A stretch of DNA of 64,000 nt, taken from assembly GCF_009914755.1 (NCBI RefSeq), contig NC_060928.1. One strand, 5' to 3'. The DNA comes from the human T2T-CHM13v2.0 reference genome, Homo sapiens. The position numbers were made by a program, and so were the translations under genes. Positions 44,306 through 62,884 of this stretch are shown here, piece after piece. The number at the start of each line of letters is the position of its first letter. The stretch's first letter is position 1. The notes under the pieces were generated by a model. The model made no database searches, was not told the DNA's origin, and worked only from the letters and a program-made list of their open reading frames with translations.

Positions 44306-47300
44306 TAAACAATACGATGCTATAGAGTACATATATAGTAAAGAGGTTACCATAATGAAGCAAATTAAATATCCATCATCTCACATAATTACCTTTTTTT
44401 ATGGCAAGAGCAGCTAAAATCTACTCATTGATTAATAGCATGAATCAAGGATCTAGTACAGTTTTATTACCTACAATCCTCACGTGTTCATTAGATCTCT
44501 AGACTTGTTCTTCCTACATATCTGCCACTATCTATCTTCTGACCTACATATTCCGTTTGTTTTTTGTTTCTGTTTGTTGAACTTCTCATTTGGTTCATGT
44601 GCTGTTTTTCTGATTTCATTAAGTTGTCTGTGTTCTCTTCGTGGCTCACTGTGCTTTTTCATAACAATTATTTTAAATTTGTCAGGAAATTTGTAGAGCT
44701 CCATTTTGGGGGATTGGTAACTGGAAAAATACAGTGTTTCTTAGGTGGTGACATGTTTCCTTGATTTTTCTTATTGCTCAAAGTCTTGAGTTACTGGCTT
44801 TGCCTTTGGAGATATAGTCATATCCTCCAGTCTTCACTGACTGGCTTCAGGGGAAAAACACATTCACCAGTCAGCTCAGCTGGGTATTTGATGGCTCTCT
44901 CAGGCCTTTTCTATGGATGCGCCCATTCCACCCCTCTTGCTCCCTCTTTGGAGGGAATTCTTAAGATTGATGGCTTCTGTCAATCCTGCAGAGCCAGACC
45001 AGATGCCGAGAGGCTCTTGTTTGTCTTCCCTAGAGCAGCGCCCTAAAATGCTCACATTTGTGTGCTGTCTCCCAGTCTCATGGAGTTGGGTGGGCTGTCT
45101 GCACATGCCATCTGCAGAGGCTTGTACTTGCTGTCTCCAGGGACACATATGGAGAACAGGCTACAGGGGAAGGGGTAGTGATGCATGTGGGGCATTGGGT
45201 GTACCCATGGGCCAGTTGGGGTGGTCTGCATGTGAGGCATCCCAAGCAGCTCATGGGTGGGTTTCTGATGGACTCCCTGAAGCAGTAATTGGGATCCATG
45301 GCTCTCTGTTGAGTTCCGAGCCCTGGTGGCTGTGAGTCTTTGCCTCTCTTCCCTGTTTGCAGCCTCCCTCACCACTCAGCTCTGATAATCACCTCAGTAT
45401 TTTCTGTGGGGTGAGAAACAAGTGGGCCTCTTGGGCAGTGTCTCGCACAGCTAGAGGAGCCAGGCACTCACTCACTATTCTCTCACTTCTTCCCGTGGGA
45501 AGAATCGTGGGCTGAGGAGCTCTCTCTTGGCACTGAGTTGTGCTACCTTGCAGGAGAGGTGTCACGGGTAAAGGGAAACTGTTCTTCTTACCCTCTTCAA
45601 TGCATCTATTCTTGGAGTTTTTACCCCACTAATGTGCTGGAATTTTTCCACTGGCCACCCAGGCTCCCACTATAGTACTGTCATCCATGGGTGGTTGTCA
45701 AAATCAATCCGTCCATGGGGAAATGATGGTAGAAAACTCCTATTCTGCCATTTTACTGACATCACTCTCCTCTGCTTTTAGATTCTTGATGGTAGCCCCA
45801 ATGGCTTCCATTTGCCTACTAAAGGGATGGTGGTCTTTAGCAGGAAAATGACCATGTTCCATGCTGGAACAGTTGCTCTTAAAAATGACAGCTCTTCCAA
45901 AGCAAACATTTTTGTCTTTCATATTAGTCCCAGAATGTAACTTCCCAGAATGTAACTTCCACCAGAGCTTGGAGCTCTGGGTGATATAATCTGAGCTTTA
46001 CTGAGTACACCAAGGAACTAAGAAGATAAACCAAAACTGTGAACTATCAACTAGTAAACTATATTTACTAATCTATAGCCACCTCCACCCTGTTACAGTT
46101 AAATTAGGTTAACACTAATTGTTATAGATAACCCCCCCAAATTATCTATTATCTATTATCAAAATTGTCTATTAATTAGGGGGTTGATAGATAAACTTCC
46201 AAATTCCAGTTGCTTAACTCAATAAAATTTTTTTTTCTTTATCCAAAGGCAAAGTTGGCTGTTCTGCAGGTAGACCTTTCTCATGGTGACCTGGGACACA
46301 GACTTCCTTCCTCTTGGGCTTCCACCAATACCCGAAAGCCCTAGAGCCCTTTGTCTCCATCTGGCAGGTGGGGGTGAAGGGGAGGGGAGACACACGTGCT
46401 CTTTCTCCACTTCAGCCTGGAAGTGACTTGCATCACTTATGCTCACATTCCAATGTGATGCCAGAGAGCTCAGAAATGGATTCCTTGGCTGGGCAGCCAC
46501 TTCCTAGCAACAACTGCACACTATGGAAGGGAACAGCTGGCCATTCTGCCACACACTGATTTTGAGAAGAGAACACAATAGATTATTTTCCATATAATTT
46601 CCGTCTCTCAGGGTTGAATCTTTGAAGGTTTAACAAGACTAATGATTGTAATATCAAATTAGGATTTGTAGCAATTTATAAAATATTCAGGTAATGCCCA
46701 TTTGTGGTGGGATGTGTCTATGTGTGTGGTGGGGGCTGCACATAGTGGAAAAAGTTATCCTGCAGCCTTATTGGGTTTTCCTAAATAATGGAGATAAAGG
46801 TTTTTGATGGTTGCCTTGGATGATCACTATTCTGTTAGCTTTCCTAGTAAAATTTGACTTTATAAGCATAGTACATCTGAGGAGGGTTTTATGTGTTCCT
46901 CTGTGGTTTGTTGAAGCAAGAGGAGAGGACAGCTAACCGTGTGTGCTATTGTTAAAATCAGGAGACTTTCTTTCTTCCCTTTGCAGTAAAGAACATAAAA
47001 TTGAAACACACTACATAGCTTGAAGACAAGTCTGAGCCTGTGTTTGGGAAATTAAACAGCCTGAACATGTCATTCATAGTAAGTTAAGGTGACAGCACAT
47101 CTGATCTGAGTAGCACAAAGTACAATTCTATTACATTCATATTGTTTTTTGTGCCCTTCAGAATTCTGATTAACTTTGCTAATCACCTGTGGCCTGCTAG
47201 ACCTGCTGAGCAGTCCTGAAGTTGGGTGGGTGGGGGCATTTGAGGGGTGGAAACATGAGTAGCGAAAGCAATAATCTGCTACTCTACAGCAGGTATTACT

Positions 47301-48639
47301 TTGCATTCCTATCTCCTCTCCAGTTATTATAGTAAAGCACTGGGAGGACGAAAGGTAGAAATGGAATCAGTGAATATACTCATAATGACTGCTTATCAAT
47401 TTACCCATATTGCCTTTTTCATTCTTTGCAAGTGGTCATTTTCATATAACTGATGTTGCCTCTCTTCATTAAGAGGTAACAATACATCAAAGCAGAACTA
47501 TTTAATTTACCCAAATGATAATTTCTCCTTGTGCTTCTTTTCCATTTCCATGTCAAATTTTGGACTATCAACATTAATTTTGCTTGAAGCCAAGGATCAA
47601 ATTGTCAGTAGAGGCCAATTATATAAATTTGCTTGTAACTAGTGGACTTTGGTCAACTTGTTGTTCCTTTGTAACATCCATTCATAAATAGAAAAATTGC
47701 ATGGGCTGTTCTTAAGTGTGATTCATGATCATCATAGGAGAAAGGTTCTCAAATTCCTTTTCACATCTGCCTTTCAAAGAGTTCAGTTGCATTTCTGCCT
47801 ACATTAAAGTGCTTTTCCTTTTGCATTAATATTAATTTTCTTTCCAAGGGTTTGATTTGGTTGTAGCTTTTCTGACCTGATTCCCTTCTATATCATATGC
47901 TCAGCTCTTATATTCAAAGTAGAACAAAGCAATGGCTAATACAAATCCAATATTATAAAGCTGCAATACAACAAAATTTTAATTCAACTTTCTCTCCATT
48001 GTACTATGCTAATACAGATTCTAATATGTTTTATTAAACTTCTGTCCAGCAGAAGCAACTTTATGAAGGGCATGTAGAATGCAAACAATGATACAGCTGG
48101 GCCAACACTCACTGGCTTTCCCTTTCCTTTCTCTGTCCTAAGCTCCATATCTGTGCCCCACATCTGTACTGCTCTAGGGAGAGCCCAGCTGAACCTTGCA
48201 AAAGAGTGCACTGGTCTCTTTTATTCTTGCTGTTCCAGGAGATGTAACATGCACTACAAGGAGGTGTTATGTGGTATGACCACAGTAAAGTCCAGATATG
48301 AAAACGTGTGAGATATCCTTGGGATATTTCCTAAACACAGGCAGCAAACTTCAAGTCTCCAAATCAGCTACCTGGAAATGCTTTTATGGGATATGACATT
48401 TAACAAGGACGGCAGTGCCTAGGAAAATATTGACAAGAACCAAGTAATATTCTAAGAGGGCAAAATGCATATGAGTTGCAATGTAATTTCAAGAGTATTT
48501 GTGCCCATTTTTAACATCCTTTCTCACCTACTCTTTCAATCCCACTTTTATTCTTCTGTAAAGCCTTTCCAAGCCTTGAAAGACTTCAAAAAGCAGTAAG
48601 AAGTCACTGGACTACCCCATAAGTCACGTCTTGCCAACA

Positions 48640-49230
48640 CAATCTATTCTCCACAGAGGGACATCTTAATGCATAAACAGAATAATCTCACTTCTGTTTC
48701 CTGTTGCACTTACAACAAAATCCTAATTTTTTACCATGGCCTGGAAGGTCTTGCACGAATGTGACCTTGCCTATCTTTCCAGTCTCATTTCACACCTTCT
48801 CCCACCTTTGCTCATCCTGTTCCAGTTATAATGTATTCGTTCAGCAACTTGAAACTGCTAAGCTATTTCCCACCTCAGGACCTTTACACGTGCTGTAATC
48901 TTTGCTGGAACACAATTATCCCAGTTCTGCTGAGCTGTATCCTTCAGGTCCTTCAATTCTGAACTTAAATGTCACCTCTTCAGAGAGGTCTTTCCTGCCT
49001 ACCACCTTTAAAATAAGTTTTTCACATTCTCAGCGTCTTCATCTCTATCTTGATGCCTGCTTTGCTTTCTGTGTATTATGGTATTTGTTTACTTACTTAT
49101 TATCTCTTTCTCCTACTAGAACATAAGCTTTATGAGGGAGGAACTTGTCTGTCTTGTCTTTGTATTCCCAGCACTTGGCACAGGGCATCACACAGAGCAG
49201 ATTGTTTGTCATTGTTTGTTGAACAATGGT
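48640..49230 (+). mobile_element. L2 3' end
   Basis: cacctcaggaccttt...aaatgtcacctcttcagagagg...ctagaacataagct...tttgttgaa. Confidence 0.7.
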
Positions 49231-49374
49231 TTTTATGGTCCTTCCATGGTTGGCTTTTCCTTCCCACAACCTACTTCTTTATAGGGGCAGGTCTTTGTTT
49301 ATAATTTGTCTTCCAAAAGGAAACTTATACATGACTTTTAAAAATTAAAACATAGTGTATAGAAGCAACCTTTG

Positions 49375-49659
49375 GGCCAGGCATGGTGGCTCACACCTGT
49401 AATCCCAGCACTTTGGGAGGCCGAGGCAGGCGGATCACGAGGTCGGGAGATCGAGACCATCCTGGCTAACACTGTGAAACCCCATCTCTACTAAAAATAC
49501 AAAAAATTAGCCAGGCGTGGTTGCGGGCGCCTATAGTCCCAGCTACTCGGGAGGCTGAGGCAGGAGAATGGCGTGAACCCAGGAGGCAGAGATTGCGCCA
49601 CTGCACTCCAGCCTGGGCAACAGAGTGAGACTCTGTCTCAAAAAAAAAAAAAAAAAAAA
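49375..49659 (+). mobile_element. AluY-like with a short internal deletion
   Basis: Dimer plus poly-A; lacks the ttgcagtgagcc segment. Confidence 0.9.
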
Positions 49660-51115
49660 GCAGCATCCTTTGAAAAACTGTGTTTCCAATGACAGCCTTT
49701 AGAATCCTATGTAGGAGCCCCTAGAATTGCAACACTTTAAAAATGAAGTGAATTACTAGTGCGTGGCACTGTTGCACACAAACATGATTTTAGTTATATT
49801 CACTTCTTCTCCATCCCCTACACAGTTTCCGTGATGCGCTAAAGGAGATACAGCCAGGCAAACCCCAAATCTGAAACGTATGCTTGAGGAATATAAATAA
49901 GGGATGGCAAATGTGATTTGCGGGGAGAAGAAAAGAGGAGAGAGGGCAGGTGACTTGCTGGTGGCTGTGGGAGGAGTTGTGGCCTGAGGCTGGGGAAGGA
50001 CCTCCCATTTCTTAGCAATGTGAGTATCTCGTGGCTTCCGAGCTTGGTTGGTTTTGTTTTGATCATGCCTCAGAGGTGTGCCCCCTTGTTCTGTGGTTGG
50101 ATCATTTCCAAAGCTTATTGATCCTGGAGGTTGTGGCCCCAGAATGAAGGTGGCAACAGGTGGATTAGGGCATGCCTGAATAGAGGGAGGCTTTTTCCAT
50201 GGGTCTTCTGGTCTGTCTAAGAAAGGCACTCTACACTGGCCCTGGGAGGCGAACATAAAGGAGCAATGGGCACCTCCCCCAGCTTTCCTGGGAGAGACTC
50301 ACAGCTCCCCAGCCAAGGCTTTCTCACACCCAGGCCAGCTTTTCCCAGCAGAGGAAACTTCCCTCTCCAAGGCCTCCTCTGTTCTGAAGTCCAGAAATGG
50401 GGCCAACAGGAAGACTCTCACTTCTCACTTCTCCTCAGCTATACGGGGAGATACCCAGGAGTGAAAACCCCCCACCTACACTCCCCCAAAGGAGCCCTAG
50501 GTCTTACTGTGATTAAGACTCTCCTTCTGTGAGTGACTCCACACAATATTCCACCTGTCGGCTGAGCTGTTGCTAGCTGAGGTGCTGCACTTTTTACCCC
50601 ACCACATATTCCCCGGGAGTGTTCTTCTTGCTCTTCCTCCACTCATCTCCCCACACTGATTGCCTAGCAGAGACTGATTTTAGCACTTCCTTCCTGGTAC
50701 AAGGCCTTACAGGTCATTCTGCTGAGGGGAGAAAAGGACTCCGAAGGGCTTTGGTGTGATTGTCTTCATTGTTTTCCCCTAGGGTCACCCTTATTTGGCT
50801 TCCATTTTCAACAAAGGAAAGATGCCCCTGTGGGACAGTGGAGGGGTCAGGGGTCAGACAGGCAGGCTGCTCCCTCACCTAATCACTGCTCTCACCCTCC
50901 TTCCCCATTTCTCTATGGACCTTGATAGCCACAGCTGCCCAAGGTTTGCAACAAAGGGAACTAGATGACTGAAAACAAGCCTCACTCACCACGGCGTGAG
51001 CTGTCATGGCAGAGGGACCTTTTAACTTCATGACTTAGATTGTTTTTTGGCTAATTTGTATGCCTTGCTGTGAGAAGTGAATACATTTCTTTTAAACTAC
51101 AGGAAGAAAAAAGAT

Positions 51116-51476
<361 letters not shown>

Positions 51477-52731
51477 TCACCACACTAAACATGACAGCTA
51501 CGCTGTGTGACTGCCAGCACACCCCAGAGAATCCCGGGATGGGCCTCTGGACTCAGAAAATATCAATGTCCCTTCTAGGTGGTGGGAATTTTGTTTTGTT
51601 TTCCTCTCTCTATTTTAAATTAGAAAACAGACTAAGAAATGGTTAAATGTGTTTGCCGGAAGATATTCAAGTGTAAGGCAACAGTTTCCAAATTCCCTGC
51701 AGAGACTGGGCACAAGGGAACATTGGCAGCCAAGCCTGTTATTAAGAAGGTCACAAGATGCCATCTGTTACTGTGTGCACTTTACTGTTCAAGCATAACA
51801 TCAACTAGGAGGTGGCTGCAATTGATTTTGCCTGTGAACTTAAAAGATAGAGATATGGTGGACACCATAGTGATTTTAGTAGACTTATATGAACAAACCA
51901 TGTGTCTGCCTATGAGATGGGCGGGAGTTACGTGGGGAGAAAATTAGGGAAAAGGTGAAGCATTATTTTTAATTCTGTCCTTGGTTATAGCTATAGCTCA
52001 AATGTAATTTGGGATGCTCCTTGGTGATTTTCCTTTTTTTGTGTGTGTGCCTGGTTTTAGCCGTTTACAAAATATAATAGAACTGCCTTCTTTATAATTA
52101 CCAAGTTAAGGCAGATAAATGGGGGAGGGCACGAATAAAAAGACAGATAAATGGACTGCCTTATTCTTTTGTTCCCAAAGAATAAAGAATTAAAAATTCT
52201 TTTAAAGAATTTCTAAAATCCACAAGCAAGTTAAAATGGCACAATCAATACCCACCTGCCCTCTCCTAGATTCACCAATTGTTAATATTTTGCCACATTT
52301 CCTAACATTTGCTTTATCTAAATCTCTCTATACTGATGCCTATATATACTTATTTGCTGGAATGTTGAGAGTAAAATTAAAATATCATAACAGTATATCC
52401 TAAATACTTCTGCATGAGTCTCCTATGGATAAGAATGTTCTCTTACATAACCACAACATTGTTATCACACTCAAAAAAAGTCTGACATTTTCTTAAAGTC
52501 AGCTGATCAGAAAAAAAGAAATTTAACATTGCTAGAATAATTTGTATCTAATATATAGACCATTGAATGACTTATTCTTAAAAATCTGTCATGAAAGAGA
52601 TTTGCTCTCTAATCTATCCCAATGGTTAACACATCTCTCTTTAAGACAATGATACCTTATATTTTTGAGACACTTTGAAAAATCTGATGAAAGCTCTGGG
52701 ACCTATCTTCAGAAAAATATTCATAAAAATT

Positions 52732-53237
52732 GTACCAGTCCATGGCCTGTTAGGAAGTGGGCTGTACAGCAGGGGGTGTACAGTGGGGAGCAAGCAATGC
52801 TTCATCTGCATTTATGGCCACTCCCCATGGTTGGCACTACTGCCTGAGCTCCGCCTCCTGTCAGATCAGTGGTAGCATGAGATTCTCCTAGGAGCACAAA
52901 CCCTATTGTGAACTGAGCATGCAAAGGATCTGGGCTGCATGCTCCTTATGAGAATCTAATGCCTGATGATCTGTCACTGTCTCCTATCACCCCCAGATGA
53001 GACCATCTAATTACAGGAAAACAAGCTAGGGCCCGCACTGATTCTAAATTACGGTGAGTTGTATAATTATTTTATTATCTATTTCAATGTAAGAATAATA
53101 GAAATAAAGTGCACAATAAATATAATGTGCTTGAATCATCCTGAAACCATCACCCCTGCCCCTGCCCACCCACCTTCCATGTTTCCATTGTCTTCCCTGA
53201 AACTGGTTCCTGGTGTTAAAAAGGTTGGGGACTGCTG
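52732..53237 (+). mobile_element. MER1A-like hAT/Charlie element
   Basis: gtaccagtccatggcctgttagg...aaggttggggactgctg terminus. Confidence 0.8.
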
Positions 53238-54651
53238 CATAAAGACACTTATACTGGCCAACAATGCGTACATCTTGGCTGCTTCTAAGTTGTATTGTTC
53301 ACATTTAATCTAAATTCTCCTCCTTTGTGTACATACAACTTAAGGCTGCAGTACTCAGAAAGGATGGAGAATGGTTTGTCTTCACCTTCCAACATTATGT
53401 TTTGTGTTCACGAACCTTCATTTCTAATGACAGGCAGGTGGGAGATGAAAGTATCCCCAACATATTAAAGGAAAACAGAATCACCGAGAAGGTTGACAGT
53501 TGTACTATGACAGACACCCAGTAGGTGGACTAAATGATTAGAAGACCTGGAGGTATACTTCCAAACTTGAGCTTCTCTGATTCTGCAAGCCTACACTTGC
53601 TTTCTTGATAATTTGCTTTTAAAAACTAAATACCTGTAACCTGGAATTACAGGAAATACAGGTATTTCCATCAGGGTTGGCACAACATTTAAGGACCTAA
53701 TACCTAAAGATAGAATTTGTTGGTAATTACAAAGATATTTAGTTTTATCAACAAATTGCCCAATTCAGTTACAGTTCTAAGACTGGGTAGTGGGAGCAGG
53801 AAGGTAGATACATAATAGCAAATTAGGGTAACATTAAATGTCCTTAAAAGGCCAGCTGAAGCTGCCAAGGTCAAACTTTATCATGGGCTCTATTTTGTGA
53901 ACTGTGACCTCGCAAAGAAAAGTCATTAGCTAACCGTACTCCAACATATGTGAGCTTAACACTGGTGAAGAGGAACACTGGTTCCTCTCCATATACCGCT
54001 AAAGAAAATGAGAGACATTTCTAGTTCAGTGAGAAAAATGCCCAAGTTGGCTGAAAGATAAACACAAATGTATAAATACCTAATGCTATGGTCTAGCACA
54101 AATTCTAATGCCTGGTTTTTTTCCCCAGAATGCACCAAATGCCCTCAAAATTACTTTTTATAAAACTTTAATATTATAGAATCATATCACTTACTAATTA
54201 ATGATTAGTATAATTCTTGAAAGGAAGGGTAGCAAAAAGCTAGTTAAGCCTCTGGGAGGCCTGTGGGATTTATAAAAGTCTTACAGAGCTTTGAAAGGCT
54301 AAGAATTCACAGACCATGGAACAATCAGCACTAATTGTGAAGGATAAACTTCTTATCCGTCTGCTTTTACTGTGGCTATGAAAAAGTGGGTTTTTCTTGA
54401 ATTTAGCTAAGTAATTGTTAAGCTCTTTGACTCTGGCTTAAGATACCTTCTTTAAAAAAAAAAAGTTTATCAGCATAAAATAGCACACAAAGCAATGAAC
54501 ATTTGCCACATGCTAGTCCCCTCTCTTGACTTATTTCTAATGACTAGGTCCCATCATATTACATCAAGCAAGACACCCTTTCAGCAGTTTCCCCTGATTT
54601 TTAATGAAATCACACAAGATAACTCAGTATAATTCGTCATTAAAAAATCAA

Positions 54652-56010
<1,359 letters not shown>

Positions 56011-56463
56011 TGCATCTGAGCTTCTCAAGACCTTAATAAAAATTTAAAGCCTTGGAATTTCAGCAGTCTTGCCTCTCTCTAATTCTAAGAGTGTAAGTTG
56101 TGTATCATAGGAGAACATAGCAGACACAAAAATATTTACCTCTCCCAAAAGCTCCAGAAGAATTACTATGAATTTAACTTCTACAGTTTTGTCTTACCTG
56201 TTTGATGCTTACTTTTAAAAAGATATTATTCTTAATTGACCCATAATAATTGCATCTATTTCTGGAGAACAGTGTGGTATTTTAACACATGTATACAATG
56301 TGTAATGAGTGAGTCAGGGTAACTGGCATATCCATCACCTCAAACATTTATGATTTATTTGTGTTGGGAACATTCAAAATCCTTTCTTGTAGCTATTCGA
56401 AAATATTCAATTTTCCAGAGATATTTCAAATAAAAAAAGAAAATACACAATAAACTATTGGGC

Positions 56464-56758
56464 TTTTTTTTGAGACAGGGTCTTGCTCTGTTGCCCAGGC
56501 TAGAGTGCAGTGTGCAATCATGGCTCACTGCATCTTCCACTTCCCAGGCTCAGGCAATCCTCCTGCCTTAGCCTCCCTGGTAGCTGGAACCCCAGGAGCC
56601 ACCATCACACCCAGCTAATTTTTAAAAATTATTATTTGTAGAGACGGGGGTCTCCCTATGTTGCCAACGCTGGTCTTGAACTCCTGGCCTCAAGTGATTC
56701 TCCTGCCTTGATCTGCCAAAGTGCTGGGATTACAGCCATGAGCCACGGTGTCTGGCCA
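56464..56758 (-). mobile_element. AluJ within an antisense L1M 3' end
   Basis: Reverse Alu; imperfect TSD ataaactatt/ataaattact. Confidence 0.8.
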
Positions 56759-56849
56759 TAAATTACTGTTAACTGTATTGCCTCTACAGTGTTATAGAAC
56801 AACAAAACTTACTCCTCTTATGTAACTATAATTTTTGGTTAGATGCTAA

Positions 56850-57092
<243 letters not shown>

Positions 57093-57589
57093 TAAAAAAA
57101 CAAAAGGGGTTAAATTTTTAAAAAACAATATTCACCAAACGTTTATTCCTGAGTGCTTATTTTGTGTGTGGCTTTCTATTAGGTGATAGGAACACAACAA
57201 TAACCAAGGTTACGAATTGTGAACAACTGATGATACTGTATTTTTATTATCATCACCAACTTTTCCTCTTTTCCTTGCAGAGGAAAAATTATATATAATA
57301 TACTGGCAGTTAAAAATAACTTTTCTCTGGCTGTAAACATTCAAATAATACAGAGTAACAAAGTAAAGATTATCTGAAATCTTCCCCCAGGGACAATCAC
57401 CATTTTCATTTCAGTGAACATCCTTATAAATGTCTCTCTATACTTATGTATACATAAGGATACATGCATACACACAGTATATTGATGAGATCACACTGGA
57501 CACTGTCCTCTGTAACCTGCTTTTATCCCTCAATATTTTCATGGACATCTTTCAGTGTTAATCAACATAATTATTTGTTACGATTTTTA

Positions 57590-58120
<531 letters not shown>

Positions 58121-58504
58121 GCCATATAAGGAGGCATTTAAGGTTTTCTAATTTATAACTACTGTAACCAATGCTGTGATCAATTTGAATATACGTTTTT
58201 GTAGCTGTAAAATCATCTCTTCAGGGTACGTTCCCATAAGAAGAATTCTTGGGTCAAAAGTACACTTATTTTACAAATGGCCAAACTGCCTTCCCAAAAA
58301 CTGGCCTCGTGCCCTAGTAGTGCGTGAGAGTGCCTGTTTTCCTATATCCTCTCTAACATTAGCTTTAAAATATAATCTTGATGTTTTCCAACTTGACAGA
58401 TGAAGATAGTTCAATTTTCTTTTAATTTCATTTCTTTGATTATTAGTGAAGTCAAGCATCTTCTCCTATGTTTATTCATCATTCATAGTTCTTTCATGAA
58501 TTGT

Positions 58505-58825
58505 AATTGATTCTCACTATTTGTGGTTATATTTTGTAAAATCACCATGAATACTGAATTAAGGAATACTGAACCATTGTTCCTAAAGGAAATATAAGGT
58601 TAGATTCCTGGGAGCCTCCAGTCACAACATCTTTGTCGACTGATCAATATATAATTTTGTTTTTATGTATATTTCTGTTTAAAGACACTTAATATATGAA
58701 CTCATGGCTAACAGCACTATAACTAATGCTAGAATGGAGCTTAATTAATTTACAAATAAATTTTAGCAAGTAGGTGAATTTGCAAACACTGATTCATGAA
58801 TAATTATATTTGAATGATAATGATA
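58505..58825 (+). mobile_element. MER82-like Tigger-family element
   Basis: aatactgaattaaggaatactgaaccattg...ggttagattcctg matches recalled consensus. Confidence 0.6.
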
Positions 58826-59219
58826 GTATATTTCCTTTATCCATTTTCCTACTAGGGTGTTTAGCTTTTTCTTATTGATTTGTATATGGTATTTTCATAT
58901 TAGGATTGTACTCCTTTGTCTATATTTTACTGTTATTGTTTGTTATTACAGTGGTGGCTTTTTCTTTTTCTTTTTTTTTTGAGACAGGGTCTTGCTATGT
59001 TGCCCTGGCTGGCTTTGAACTCCTGGGCTTAAACAATCTCCTGCCTCAGCCTCCCAAGTGGCTGAGACTACACTGCACTCACAGTGGTGGCTTTTGACAG
59101 CAGTATCAGTGCTTTCTGAATGCAGGGGTGGGGAGGAACAATGTTGGGAAAATGAATTTTATTAGATTTCTATTATTATGAAAGTGGTTGGTATTTATTT
59201 CTATCTCTCCTTTTTATAG

Positions 59220-59345
<126 letters not shown>

Positions 59346-59348
59346 TGA

Positions 59349-59652
<304 letters not shown>

Positions 59653-59854
59653 TTTCATGTGATATTTTCATACCTTTTGCATTTCTGCTTCCTTCCTCCT
59701 GGCACCCACATTGTTACATCATTTTATCTCTCCTAACAATACAAAAGGTAGGATGCAGAAATAACAGGAGGGAGAAATGCAAGAGGCATTTGTCACTCAT
59801 GCTGGTGGCAGAGGAGGGGGCTGTGTATGTGAAGGTTTGGATCTATTGATTTAA

Positions 59855-60133
<279 letters not shown>

Positions 60134-61589
60134 TAAAAGTATTCCCTAAGTTACAATCAGGCAAAAAGCGGAGCTGTTCTGATAAGATAAAGTCTTTCTT
60201 AAAGCATCATGAATAGTTTCTTGGGTGGATCTCTCCACAGCTGTTTTGGAAACAAGCCCCTAAGAGGTTTACAGCAGTTGGAATTTCTATTGTACTGTCC
60301 AAATTTTCATCGGTGAGTTGTTGGGTTCTGCCTGTTGTGAAAAAGAGAGTTCTCAGATAGTCCTGCCCTGCCGCATATCCACCCTGGTTGCCCGGTGGCT
60401 GGAGTTTCCCTCCTCATGTGCCCGTCCTGCCACTCAGCATCTATGGTCCCTGCTTCCCCAATATGACCCTCCAGACCAGGGATTCTCTCCTTCCTGATTA
60501 GACTTTCTCAAACCCCAGGGCTTTTAAACAGATTGTTAAAATGGGGTTCTTTTTATGTCTTAAAGTTCTGGCAGACATTCTTAGAGAGTAAGTTGAAAGA
60601 AAGAATAAAAACTGGTTTTTGCATAGAAGTTACAACTATTTTTGCTATTCTATTACTTTATTAAGATTTCTCTTTAACTTAAAAAAAACTCAGACTCATC
60701 CTAAGTAATTATGTTTATTATACCATGGGTTTGATATGCTCGTTATGTGTGTTAAAAAAAAAAACCCTGACCATTAAAATAAAAAATGTTATACAAGTAC
60801 TACCTAACAGTATCACAAGAACCACCAGTTATACATACATTTCACTTTCACTTGGAAATGCTGGTCTTTGGACATTAACTAGCAGATATGATACATTTCG
60901 CTAATGGGAGAGGGTTGGATGACCCACGCTGGTTCCCAGGCAACCAGTCTATTTTAATGATGCTCTTCCAAAAATGGTGCAGTTTTTCTCAACTTTTCTG
61001 CTTAGGACCTGATAATGTTCCCAGGGAGCATTTCAAACAGGGAAAGCCAGTGCGGTGGCAGACTGTGGAGGGAGTTGTTTGGGGGCATTTGTAGCTGCAT
61101 GGTCCCCTGAAAGTTATATTGTGTGGTCAACCAGGGACATCCCTTCACTGTAGGGTTGATGCCTGTTTCTAGGAAGGGTAGATGATTTCCTGAAAGTACA
61201 TTTACTGAAAGCTGGCCTCTTGGGAGTTGCTTGGGAGAATCATTAACTATTGTTAAATAAATAAATCCCTCTTGCCTACATGGAGTTGTACTGGTGCCAA
61301 GCAATTCCATTGCCAGTCAGTGTCTGCAGCTGTTCTGGGGAACAGCTGCTTCTCTCTGTAAGGTGCTTCCCCAACCCCTCCCAGAAAGGGAATTCTCTGT
61401 ACTCAAAGTAGCCGCTTTTAAGTCAACCATTCCCAACAAATAAATGACATTAATCCTGCTCTTGTTTTTGTGGTGCAATAACAGACTAAAAGTACATGCA
61501 GGTGCACACACACACACCACACAATTAATATGGGGCACATATTTGGAAAACCTTGGACCTAGAGTCCTGAGCAAAAAAATAAATCATGA

Positions 61590-61943
<354 letters not shown>

Positions 61944-62465
61944 TAATATTTTTAAATATATATAGTTTGGAGGAGAACAAGCACTGAGATATATAAATGC
62001 CCAATTTCCTGCATCAAAGCAATAAGTAGAGATTGAATGAAATTTTCAACGATCATTAACACTATTCTTAGTTTCGAAAGTATTTGCTTGCTGGGTAGTG
62101 CTTTTGGTAATCATTCTCTAAATATTTATATTCCTGTGTCCTATCTTGAAGAAGTTCCTGATGGAAACTGGAAAGCAGAGCATTCACATCCAGGAATGTG
62201 GGAACTAAAGGAATTAGGGAAACCTGGAAAGAATCTTACCAGAGAAGCAGTGGGGGCCGGTTAGGGATTGCAAGAGTTCCTGCCCTTTTTCTCTCCCACT
62301 TTATTAATCTGGCCTTCCTAACAGAGACACAATATATTAAACAGGAAGGTTAAGAGAGATGGAAGAAAATGCAGGATCAATCCCATCTCCTGCTCATGAA
62401 TGATGTCTGGTTTGGAAGAGACCATTTAATTCCCAATTCTGTGGAAAAGTGACCTTTGCGGATGA

Positions 62466-62606
<141 letters not shown>

Positions 62607-62649
62607 GTTGGAAAATGAAGCCACAAGGCTGGAGGCGTGGAGTTTGCTT

Positions 62650-62655
62650 AATAAA
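62650..62655 (+). terminator. Polyadenylation signal AATAAA of C4orf51
   Basis: Canonical hexamer 44 nt after the stop codon. Confidence 0.7.
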
Positions 62656-62884
62656 CAACTTTGAGGTATGGGGCCCTCCCAACACCCTCCCCCCACCCGC
62701 CCCGCCCAGGAACGTCTGGACCCTGGCAGGTTGGCTTTCTGGGACAATTCCATGGGCTTCATTTATCAGTTTTTTCCCTTTTTAATTGGTGGAGAGAGAC
62801 AAAAGTTTTTATAATCTTTATTAAATTTTCCTTTTTAAATAAATACTTGGGACCACATTTCTCTGCTAGAACCACAGAAATGGT

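Noticed and set aside
45929-45960. 16-bp tandem duplication cagaatgtaacttcc
   Set aside because: Ordinary slippage-type duplication with no evident function.
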